This document shows, one piece after another, positions 34,460 to 44,179 of a stretch of DNA of 64,000 bases. The DNA is from Rhizodiscina lignyota (taxonomy: Eukaryota): positions 1,798,001 to 1,862,000 of the forward strand of contig ML978124.1 in assembly GCA_010015805.1 (NCBI GenBank), written 5' to 3'. The position numbers and the translations under genes were made by a program. The notes beneath the pieces are model-generated. The model ran no database searches, was not told the origin of the DNA, and was given only the letters and a program-made list of their open reading frames with translations. Within the stretch, counting starts at the first letter, position 1. Each line of letters starts with the position of its first letter.

Positions 34460-36420
34460 TCGAGTATAGCGATACTATCCACGATATCCAACGCAGCTCA
34501 GTTATCGTCGCACTGAGCACAACTCAAGACTGGCCATGTCATCGATCCCGCCTCTTTGAGGAAGAATTTCCTCTAATTGAACCACGATGAAGCCATAGTT
34601 TGACCAATCGGATATCCCTCTTTCTGCGCAGGTACACGAATGATCGGGCATTAGTTGCAAGCTCGACTAAGGTTAAACACCTGAAACCGGACTGCACCTA
34701 AGCATCTATTAAACGCTAATCGGAATCTCTAAGGTCCGAAAGCACAGGTCATCGAATACCTATTATACGCTGATCGGAGCCCCTTGAACCTGGAGCCACA
34801 TAACCATCGAGTATCTATTGTACGTTAAGTGGAACCTTCGAAGGCCCAAGTCTCACAATGATCTGGCATCGGTTCTGCTCTCTTTGGAGTCTCTCAAGGT
34901 CAAAGTCTCAGAGTCCCTAAGCATCGATAGTGTGCCAAGTCGATTTAGTTATACTTAAAGCCGCGTAGCCGTCGAGCATTGATTACATATTAATACCAGT
35001 TCCTTCTAGTCAAAGTACCATAGCTTCAGAGCTTTAATAGCGGTTTGAGTACATTCAGAAGGTCCAAAAGTCACATACCTGTCAAGCGAGGATCGCGCGC
35101 CGTTCGGAATCCTTTAAACTTAAAAGTCTCATAGCTTCCGGGCATCCATACTGCAATATTAAGTTCGCCATTTCTTCGTCTCAAGCTCTGTTTGATGACA
35201 TCTTACAGATGATTACGCACGAACTTGCTAGTCGCCGCCAGTGTCAACAGCGCCTTTAAGGCGTCTCCCTCGGGCTCTAGCTCGCCACCTTCTGGGAGTC
35301 TCACGGAATTATCGGTCGCAAGACCTCTCTGGATCCACTGCCAGAGAGTGGAACGCAGTCTGCCAGATACTCGCGAGGAGTGTCTACTTCTAGCGCGACT
35401 AGTAAGCCCTCCCTTACCAGCTCGGTCGGAAGCGAATAGGGGTGGAATTGCTACGATGCAGTCGCTTGGCCACTCCGTATAAAGTCATCAATGTACTCAG
35501 TCGAGCCAAAAGGCGTACGGTTAGTGAGCATCGATTGAACACTAACCGGAATCTCCTGAACTCAGAGTTTGGTGGCTCTTGAGCGGCGATTAGCTTGCAA
35601 AGTCAATCTAACCACACCTAAAGTCGTACTGTTGCCGAGCATCGATTGTATATCAATCGGAATCTCTTAAACTTAAGGCTCTACGATAGTTGAGCTTGCG
35701 TTATGCCATGGCTTGCTGTTACTTAGTCAACCCCTACCGATTCTCGAGCATGAGCTGCGTGCCAAGTAGAATACCCACGCCGGTGAGTACGCTGAAATTC
35801 CAATATCAATGGTAAGGTGGGCAGAATGTAGAAAGGCAAGAGCTTAAGGTTATCCAGCTTCAAGTCAGCTGTTGCGGGAAGCTCTTCAAGGCTGAAGATA
35901 CGAGCTTTCGAGCGTTGATGCTACGTCGAATTGCATCTCTACTCCTGAAGTACGTGAAGTCCTTGCAGCATCTGGAAGAGAATTTGGTCCGTCTGTGCCT
36001 GCAAGATCTGCCGTGATGTTCTCTTATACTATGTCAATGGACAACAGACAATCGTACTGCGGTCTCAGTTTCTTGTTCACCGCCTAGCATTTGTAGTTCT
36101 TACATAATTCGAGCAGTGTTTGAGTGCAAAGGTTGCACAGCCGTCGAGCTTTGCGTTCGTTGCCCTCGGAATCTCTTCAACCCTGAACATATAAGCAATC
36201 CAGCATTGATGCTACGCCGAATAGCATTTCTATTCTCGCAAGTACACTAGAATCGCAGCTTCCAAGGTGAGGATAGCGATATATCTGAAAGCCAAAGTCT
36301 CATGGCTGTTGAGCATTGGGTCTGCTTCCGGCAGACTCTCAACTAGCTAAAATACACGACAGTTCTAGCAGCAATACTGTGTCAAATAGAATCTCCACTT
36401 CTGCGAGTATATTGAAAGTG
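34460..36420. repeat. Degenerate non-coding tandem array of ~55-bp units (at least 24 alignable units)
   Basis: Unit starts at 34644, 34698, 34752, 34807, 34862, 34917, 34972, 35027, 35082, 35138; then 35524, 35579, 35635, 35690, 35744, 35799, 35853, 35908, 35964; then 36144, 36199, 36254, 36309, 36364 (spacing 54-56). By-eye consensus: TCGAGCATCGATTGnACGYYAATCGGAATCTCTTRAACYYAAAGTCTCATAGCYR. Confidence 0.85.
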
Positions 36421-36742
36421 AAATTCTGGCCTTCCGATCCCGTCCCCTTGCAGACGTTCGGCCACATCTCTTCGAATGGGACGCCTGATCCTCCGGCACA
36501 TGAGCTCTGTAAAGGAAGCCCTGGCGATAGTACCACGGTGTCATAAGAACGATGAGTTCGGCGACCTCGTGGCGATGGGTGTTTGCATTATATCACAGGG
36601 ATTTCAAAGGGTTCACGGCACAGACAGAAAATGGCTCATTGTTTGCTTGACGTTCACATATCATTGAAATTTCCTATCTATAGGAAAGAAGAAGGCCACC
36701 CCCACCAATCCCCGCCCTCCACCACCATCACCACACCCAGAT

Positions 36743-38029
36743 TCATCGCCCATCGGCGATGAGAATCGCCACCGCCTTCCGAACGTTGGGACACTCCACC
36801 CCGCATCCAGCCGTCTGCATCTCCCCCAGGACCTGCCTCGCGATACTGACCGCCTCTCGCCTCGCTATGGGAGGGCCGTTCTCGGTGTGGATAATGAGAT
36901 GGACCCCAGCGATGCTGAGGGCGATCACGTATGCGATGGTGGCAGGCCAGATCCACTCCTTGTGGTACGTGGCCGGAGCGTTAAGCTCGACACCCCACAG
37001 GAGGTACTGGAGAGAGAAGCAGAGGCTGTACACGGTGAGGAGTGCCCAGTATCTGCGCATCCACCCCCGGACGGTGGTGGTGTCGTGCTTCATCACGACG
37101 CGCTCAAGGCGAGCGAGACCAAAGCAACCGGCGGTGATGCAGAGCGAGATGCCAATGTACATGGCGGAGAATGACGTCGCCGAGCTCCAGGCAATGTCGT
37201 ACCTATGGAGCCCGAGGCGGCCAGGGATCGAGACCTGCATGAAGAAATCGGCGTCTATGAAGTTGCCGGTTGCGATCAGTGCCTCGATCCCTGGATACCT
37301 CGGATCGCATGGGAGCCCGACGACGCAGCGCGTGTTTGTGATGCTGAAGAGGATGTCCACGAACACTACCCAGGCAATGACGAAAGGGATGCCGAAAAGG
37401 AGATTCATCACCCAGCTGCAGGTATAGAAGTTCTCGCGCTTCGCGCGGACGTGGATGAAGTAGGAGGCGATGTAGCAAGCCAGGAGGTTCATGCCGAGAG
37501 GGAGGAGGGCGGCCTTGAGGAGTTGGGACTTCCACTCCTTGGAGGCGTGGGCGACGAACGGTCCGAAAATGGCCAGGAAGATCATGCAGACCATGAGGGC
37601 GAAACTGCCAGCGATGTCACGGAAAGAGCTACACAAAGTCTAATAGACTGTGTTAATAATCCTCGTGCAAGAAGTCGACAAGACTCACCAGAAGCGTTCT
37701 GTCAGCCTACGATCAAGTGTGTGATGCGTATGGCACCAGTTTAGTGTGCCGGAACTCATGTACACTGCCACGATGTCTCGGTTGTTGGCCACTGGTTGCA
37801 TGTTCTGAATGTATACCGGCAAGTCCGGAGCATCCGTTGGCACGGGGACCGAGGGAGTGTTTCGATCGTAGAGCGTCTCGGTGGTAGGCATCACATCCAT
37901 CTCGATCGTCTCGTTGGCAGTAGACGGCCCGGCTCTTTCGAGATCGGTGTTGGGGGAGAACGTGGTCATCTCGATCGCCTCGTGGCCAGTAGAAGGACCC
38001 GCCCTTTCGGGGCCGGTGTTGGCGGACAT
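36743..38029 (-). CDS. Orphan multi-pass membrane protein (~408 aa, ~7 hydrophobic segments); 2 exons
   Basis: Intron 37688-37629 joins ORFs 37685..38029 and 36743..37636 in frame (RFC|SFRDIAG). The N-terminus carries a 23-aa duplication (NTGPERAGPSTGHEAIEM / NTDLERAGPSTANETIEM). Confidence 0.8.
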
Positions 38030-38225
38030 GATGTTACGATGCGCGCTACTGTAGCGTGTTGAAGTAAAAGGGTATCTGGAGCTTGGTATAGCTGCTGCTG
38101 GTAGAAGGCGCGAAGGCTTGTGGGGTCGATAACGGGAGCACGAAGAAGCGCGTGTTGTTGCGAGATGGACCTTGGACGTGGTTGAAAGAGTTGAAAGAGA
38201 TACGAACGGAGAGGTGGGAGGGGCG

Positions 38226-38234
38226 CTTATATAG
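38226..38234 (-). promoter_or_regulatory. TATA-box candidate for the orphan membrane-protein gene
   Basis: ctatataag on the minus strand ~200 nt upstream of ATG 38029, followed by a pyrimidine-rich stretch. Confidence 0.45.
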
Positions 38235-38472
38235 TGCGAGATTGGTGGTCTAATTTCCTGGAGCGCGTGGCTTCCCGATTTAATCCGCTGTGTTACGAAG
38301 CTGAAATGAGGTCTTCACCACGTCGCCAAGGCAACAATATCCAACAGCGTTTGACATGTGATCCGAGCAGCGGTGAGAATGAGAGTAGTCGATTCAGAGA
38401 TTTGATCGACCGTTCCATTCATATCGGGGACACAGAAGTTTAAGACTTCGAATGCTCTCCATCCTGCTTGTC

Positions 38473-40159
38473 CTATTGGTTGACTGCTGAAGCATTTCCG
38501 GCCTCGGTGTCCGCGCCAGCCTGGGGAGCAGTCTCTTTTGCCTCATGATCTTCCTCCTTACTAGCTCCAGTGGTATCTTTCTCTCCCCCTTCCTCAGCTA
38601 CTGCCTCTGACTCTTGCTGAGGCGCCTCCTTCATCTCCACATCACTTCTCTGTTCAGCAGACCCATCTCCACTGCCCTCCCCATGGGGGAGACTTCTGCC
38701 CACAGCCTTCTCCATATCCAGGCCACCGGTCGGACTCGTGCCCAATCTCTCCTGTCCTGGACCAACATCCTCGGCGCTTATCTCCTCTGGTCCCCTCGCG
38801 TGTGGAACTTCGTCCTTAGCCTCACCCTCGCCATGCTCATCTTCTAATGCGACGTCCGCATTCTCTTCCGAACCTGACGAGTCTCCTCCACTCGCAGCGC
38901 CTGCTCCTCGAATTCCGGAGCCACGTGTGGGATTTCGCGTGGCAACACTGACAGGTACGACTCCCGCTTCCTGCTCCAATCTCAGCAACTCGCCCTGCGT
39001 GACGGCGCCTGCCTCACGCAAACTCTCTTCAGCAGATGTCGTGGATCTTGTGCCAGTTGGAGATGAACTCGGTGAATCAGACGGGCTGGCATTGCTGGCC
39101 GCCGCTGCACCAGATGTTGGACTCGTAGTCATCGTGGAAAGCATACCATTAACCACAGAGACCGTCTCGATGCGACCGACGCCATTTGGGCCCTCTACCA
39201 TCTCCGTCTCCTCTGACTTGAGCTCGTTCTGTGTTTGCGACTGTTGTTGTCCTTGTCCTTGATTCTGCTGCTGCGGCTGTGTAGGCGATACTCCATCCTC
39301 ATGCATCCTGTCTGATTTCAGCCACGGTATAGGTGTGAGCAAGGCACCTCCGAGGCTCTCATCGCTTCCCAAACTATTCGTAGATGGCGCGCTCGGCGCA
39401 TTTGTTGCACCATTGAGGAGGCCGCCAGGTCCAGAAGGCGGTAGTACGGCTTGCGGTAGAGGAAAGATGTTTGCGCTGCTAGACACACAGACGACGCGGT
39501 CAACCGCGCGAAGGTAGGATGGCAGATGGCGGTAATGCTCTCTGGGGCGAAGTATCAACTCAGCAAGGCGCTGAATTGTATGTGGAGGATTCTTGGAGAA
39601 GGATTTTGTAAGTGTTGCTTTGATGAGTTCATAAAGGTCCATGAGAGGAGAAGGTACCGTGGACGGAGAATCAAGCATTTCAGTGTCCTGCTGGGTATTT
39701 GGTTGGGTGGGTTCCGCTGCGGCTTGGGAGGCAGAAGTTGAGGCGGAAAAGGAAGGCACAGGTGGTCGCGGAGGGGCATTCTCCTTATTTGTTGACGTAG
39801 ATGACTGACTAGAAGGCTCTGCCAATGGTGGTGGTGGAGGATCTGGCGCGGGTATTGTTGGAATTGGGAACTCGTTCTTTATGATCTGAAGCATTATAAG
39901 TTATATCGCTGCCTGGGTACGTGCTCGGAGCTACCCACATGTTCGAGGCGTGAGAGGATCGTCTCCAAGGCCTCTGGCCAGTTCTCTCTGTGTTCTCGAT
40001 CAGCAATTGAACGCGTCTATGAAGCCAGAAAAATACTTACGATAGTATGGAATCTCCATGCGTGGCTGATTCTAGCAACTCCTCGCCTGTGGATGGACTA
40101 TTTATCAGACAGGAACCAATATGACGAAGCTAGAGTATAATCTCACCTGTAGTCGCCAT
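38473..40159 (-). CDS. Protein phosphatase 4 regulatory subunit R2 (PPP4R2/Psy4-like); 4 exons
   Basis: Short 5' exons MATT|GEELLESATHGDSILS|ENWPEALETILSRLEH|IIKNEFP. Core FSKNPPHTIQRLAELILRPREHYRHLPSYLRAVDRVVCVSS and an acidic tail. Confidence 0.88.
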
Positions 40160-40508
40160 GGTGTTGTTGAGAAGTGATGATGTCGCGTGTAAAGATCTCT
40201 TTTACATGTAGTGCTGGTGGGCGTACGCGCCAAGGGTTGGTCCTTAGTGGAGAATTTGTATAGCACCCAGAGACTAGACTTCCGCTACCTTCCTGGCTCC
40301 CTCGGCTCTTGCCCCTCAGCACGCCGAAGATGGCTGCAGATGCTCGGAGCTCGTAAATTATAGAGGTCAAGCTTGATATGTATAATTTGCTTCCTATCCT
40401 TCCAATTGTGACTTTTTGCTCTATGACTGAGTTTTGAGAAGTTTCATATCGTTCCTTTTCGATCATCTCGTGTGAATTCTTCGGGCTCAAGCCCATTCTC
40501 ACCCCATA

Positions 40509-41666
40509 ATGCGTGGCATCCAAATTACACAGTATGTCAAGGTATGCCGAAAATCGCCGCCAACGATCTTTCCACGATGTTATTCTGTTTTACCATTGAG
40601 GCTTGAGGTTGACAATATGTACGCAGGGCCCTGAAGAGCTCAAAATCAGCAACCTCCCCGACCCCGTCCCAAAACCGAACGAATATCTCGTCCGAATTCA
40701 CGCCACCGCCTGCAACTTCTTTGACCTCCTCCAAATCCGTGGCATATACCAACATCAACCTAAGATTCCATGGATATCAGGGTCAGAGTTCTCCGGCGTA
40801 GTCGTTAATGCGCCGACTTCGTTACCCGGAGGCAAGAAGCCGAAATACAAGAAGGGTGATAGAGTATTTGGCGCGGCTCAGGGCGGATATGCAACATTAA
40901 TATGTATAGGAGAAGAGAGATTGAGGCCAATACCGGATGGATGGGATTTCTTTGACGCTGCTGGCTTGTTCGTTACCATGCCAACAAGCTATGCTGGACT
41001 AGTGACAAGGGCAGGTATTAAGAGTGGTAGGGAATTCATCTTGTTCTAAACGAGCTCGTAAACTAACAGCAGGGTGCAGGCGACTATGTATTAGTCCATG
41101 CTGCTGCTGGTGGAGTCGGTCTTGCAGCTGTTCAGATCGCCAAAGCTTTCGGTGCAACTGTTATCGCAACCGCTGGAAACAAGCACAAACTCGAGGTCGC
41201 CAAATCATTTGGCGCTGACTATGGAGTCGACTATCGCGCGAACGACTGGACGGATCAAGTTAAGGCAATTACGCCGAATAAACGTGGTGTCGACATCGTT
41301 TACGACCCAGTGGGTCTGATATCTCAGTCAATGAAGTGCATCGCATGGAACGGCCGGTTACTTGTCATTGGTTTTGCAGGCGGAGAGCTTGAGAAAATGG
41401 GGACGAACAGAATATTGCTCAAAAATGTATCAGTGGTGGGCTTGCACTGGGGGGCGTATTCCATACATGAGCCGGAGACGATAGAGGAAGTTTGGGATGG
41501 TATCTTCAAGTTGGTAGCCGAAGGGAAGATAAGAGGAACAAACTTTACGGATGAGGAATTTGTCGGTCTGGAGAGAGTGCCAGCTGCCCTGAAGGCGCTT
41601 GGTGAGCGTGGAACATGGGGAAAGGTAGTAGTGAAGGTGCCCCAAGAAGGTGCGAGTAAGATATAA
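40509..41666 (+). CDS. Zinc-independent MDR oxidoreductase (zeta-crystallin/quinone oxidoreductase-like); 3 exons
   Basis: MRGIQITQYVK|GPEELK..NFFDLLQIRGIYQHQP..GSEFSGVV..VLVHAAAGGVGLAAVQIAK..GVDIVYDPVG..WNGRLLVIGFAGG..TWGKVVV. Confidence 0.92.
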
Positions 41667-42208
41667 ATATCGTATGCTGGCGTGTCTTTGCGTATTTGTC
41701 ACTTCAGCGCAGTCAATATAAAGCAATACTCGAGTCACCAAGTTTGTCACCGTGTGCTGTCTACACAGTGAAGAAGCAAACGTAGAACTGAAGAGAACTT
41801 CTAGATTCAGTGAGACTAAACTTTGGAGCATTTCAGTACAATTGGAATTATTTCTGAAAATTTGGGAAATGATTTAGAAAATCTTGAACAATACTAAGCA
41901 GTTTTGATATTCCTACTCGATCTTTGACTAAAGAAAGCCCTCGTGCGAGTGATTGGAGAGCTGAAAGTTTCGGCCCAGTTTTTACCAATCCAAACGGAAT
42001 CTCCTCTTTGAGAACTCCGCTCCACATCTCCTCTCCTCCCAGAGAGGGAGAAACTCTGGGGCTGGGCGCTACGAACTGTATTTATATCATTCAACTCTCT
42101 CCGAATTCTTATCTTGAGTGCTTTCTTTCAATTTCGCTGTGTGATCCTTACCGTTTGTTTTTAGCCCGCGTCTCGTCGAACTTATTTCCAGCATTCGGTG
42201 AATCGAGC

Positions 42209-43815
42209 ATGCTCGCAACGCTTTATAAGAGATCACGCCCTATATCGAATTCCGGAGTAATAGCTTTGACACGCAGAATGGCAGCTACATCAACTCAGAA
42301 GAGAGTAGGGGACATCTCAGACGCGTTTGTGTCTCTCTCGGGCCAAGGGTTCATGCCTCTTCCAGCGCGATATGGAGAGCTTAAAGGGAGATTAATCAGA
42401 GGACGAGAAGACGATATCAGAGCATCATGGGATCGATTACTACACTACCTTCAGAAAGAGATTCCTATCATCGAACAACACGGCTCTAATGTCATTCCAG
42501 AGATTGATTTCGAGGATATTGACAAGCCGTCGGAGCAATTCAAGGAGGAATTGAAGAAGAGAGGCGTGGCCGTCGTCCGAGGAGTCGTGCCAGAAGAACA
42601 AGCTCTACAGTGGAAAGAGGATATCCAGGAGTATGTCAGAAAGAACCCGCAAACCAGAGCATTCCCTGCGAACAATCCTCAGGTCTTCGAGCTATATTGG
42701 TCACCTTCTCAGCTCGCTGCTCGAGCTAATGAGAACCTTCTGCGTACACAGAAACTCTTAATGTCGTTCTGGCACTCTAAGAATCCTGCCGCACCCCTTT
42801 CAACCGCCCATCCGACAGCATACGCTGACCGACTTCGCATCCGCCTTCCTGGTGACGCTCAGTTCGCCCTCGGCCCGCATGTTGATGGCGGCAGTGTCGA
42901 GCGGTGGGAAGAAGGCGGGTACGGCCTCGGAGGCGTTTATAACTCCATCTGGGAAGGGCGGTGGGAAGATTTCGACCCGTGGGAGGCGAGCTGTCGCCTT
43001 CCCGTGAAGAGTGATCTGTATCAGGGCGTCGGCGCTTGCAGTATGTTTCGTATGTTCCAAGGCTGGTTGAGCATGAGTGAGACTGGGCCGGGCGAAGGAA
43101 CACTGCTCGTGAATCCGCTGTTCAAGGCGGCGACAGCGTACTACATGCTCAGGCCATTCTTCGAGCCAAAGAGGACGCCTGATGTAGCGGGAATGTCGTT
43201 CTTGGACAGAGACAACTGGAAAATGGAAGACTCAGTTACGACTTTTGTTCAAGGAGCAACTCCTGGCCACGGGCAAGAGCTCTCAGAGCTTCTACATCCG
43301 CATCTGCGACTGGAAGAGACAATGGTACATGTGCCGAAGGTGCGCCCAGGTGATTACGTGGCGTGGCATTGCGATAGTAAGTTTTCATGATCGTGTGAGA
43401 ATCTAGTGACTTGCTGCCTAACGTTGCTCCAGCCATACATGCGGTCGACAAAGTCCACAATGGTGGCGGCGACTCCAGTGTCATGTACATTCCGGCATGC
43501 CCACTGACCGAGGACAATGCTAATTTCCTAGCACGTCAAAGGGCGGCGTTCATTCAAGGTTAGTAATTTCGAGAAGTGGCTCCCGCAATTGCTCTAATAG
43601 TGGTTTCAGGAATACCATGTCCCGACTTTGGGGGCGGAGAGGGCGAGAGCAATCACATTGGCCGATGGGGGCCAGGCGACGTTGCTAAGATCGCAAGCCC
43701 GGATGGACTTCGAGCTTTTGGTCTGCAAGAATGGGACAGCAGCGAATCGGATCTGACTCCTGGACAGCGTGAGGTCATGGACCGAGCGAATAAAGCGCTA
43801 GGATTTTATGCTTGA
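42209..43815 (+). CDS. DUF1479 (Gig2/YbiU-like) putative Fe(II) oxygenase; 3 exons
   Basis: GDISDAFVSLSG, YWSPSQLAARA, YADRLRIRLPGDAQFALGPHVDGGSVERWE, FRMFQGWLSMS, PGDYVAWHCD|.IHAVD, SSVMYIPACPLT. Confidence 0.9.
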
Positions 43816-44179
43816 TTATTGCTATTTCGTGGAAACATTGAAGCAACTGTGCCGTACACTACATATTTAGTCAGTAATTAGGCAGATGTACTTCTCCTGA
43901 ATTTCGATGGTAGGAGACGTCCTATTCTCACCCCAGAATGGCAACCATCTCCGGCTAAACGTCGATCTCCCTTGTCTCCCCTGACGCCAAAAAGCCCCTG
44001 AACGCCACCCTGGGCCTGTCCAAGATGTGGCGCTTCCAAAATCTGTTTCGTGAAACACTTGTCAACTCCATGTTCTAACCTAGTATGGCAGAAAGATTAT
44101 CAAATCATCATGATGTGCATTTCTCCGCATAAACGTTTGCGCCACAGCGAATCTCGCTCTCTGCGGAACGCAGGTTCCA

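Noticed and set aside
34460..36420. 55-bp array as a RIP-inactivated 18-aa repeat protein gene (minus-strand VQEIPxxxQSML-like reads)
   Set aside because: Unit spacing is mostly 55, not 54, so the frame shifts from unit to unit. The peptide similarity is a by-product of the DNA repeat.
34460..36420. 55-bp array as a CRISPR array or as repeated micro-exon/intron units
   Set aside because: The context is eukaryotic with no cas genes, and similarity runs through the whole unit rather than repeat plus unique spacer. Some units have CTRAY-like and AG elements, but no consistent GTRNGY donor.
41924..42208. N-terminal extension of the DUF1479 ORF (likewise 46183-45941, 51333-51223, 22929-22684)
   Set aside because: These begin at non-ATG codons and read through promoter/UTR-like sequence.
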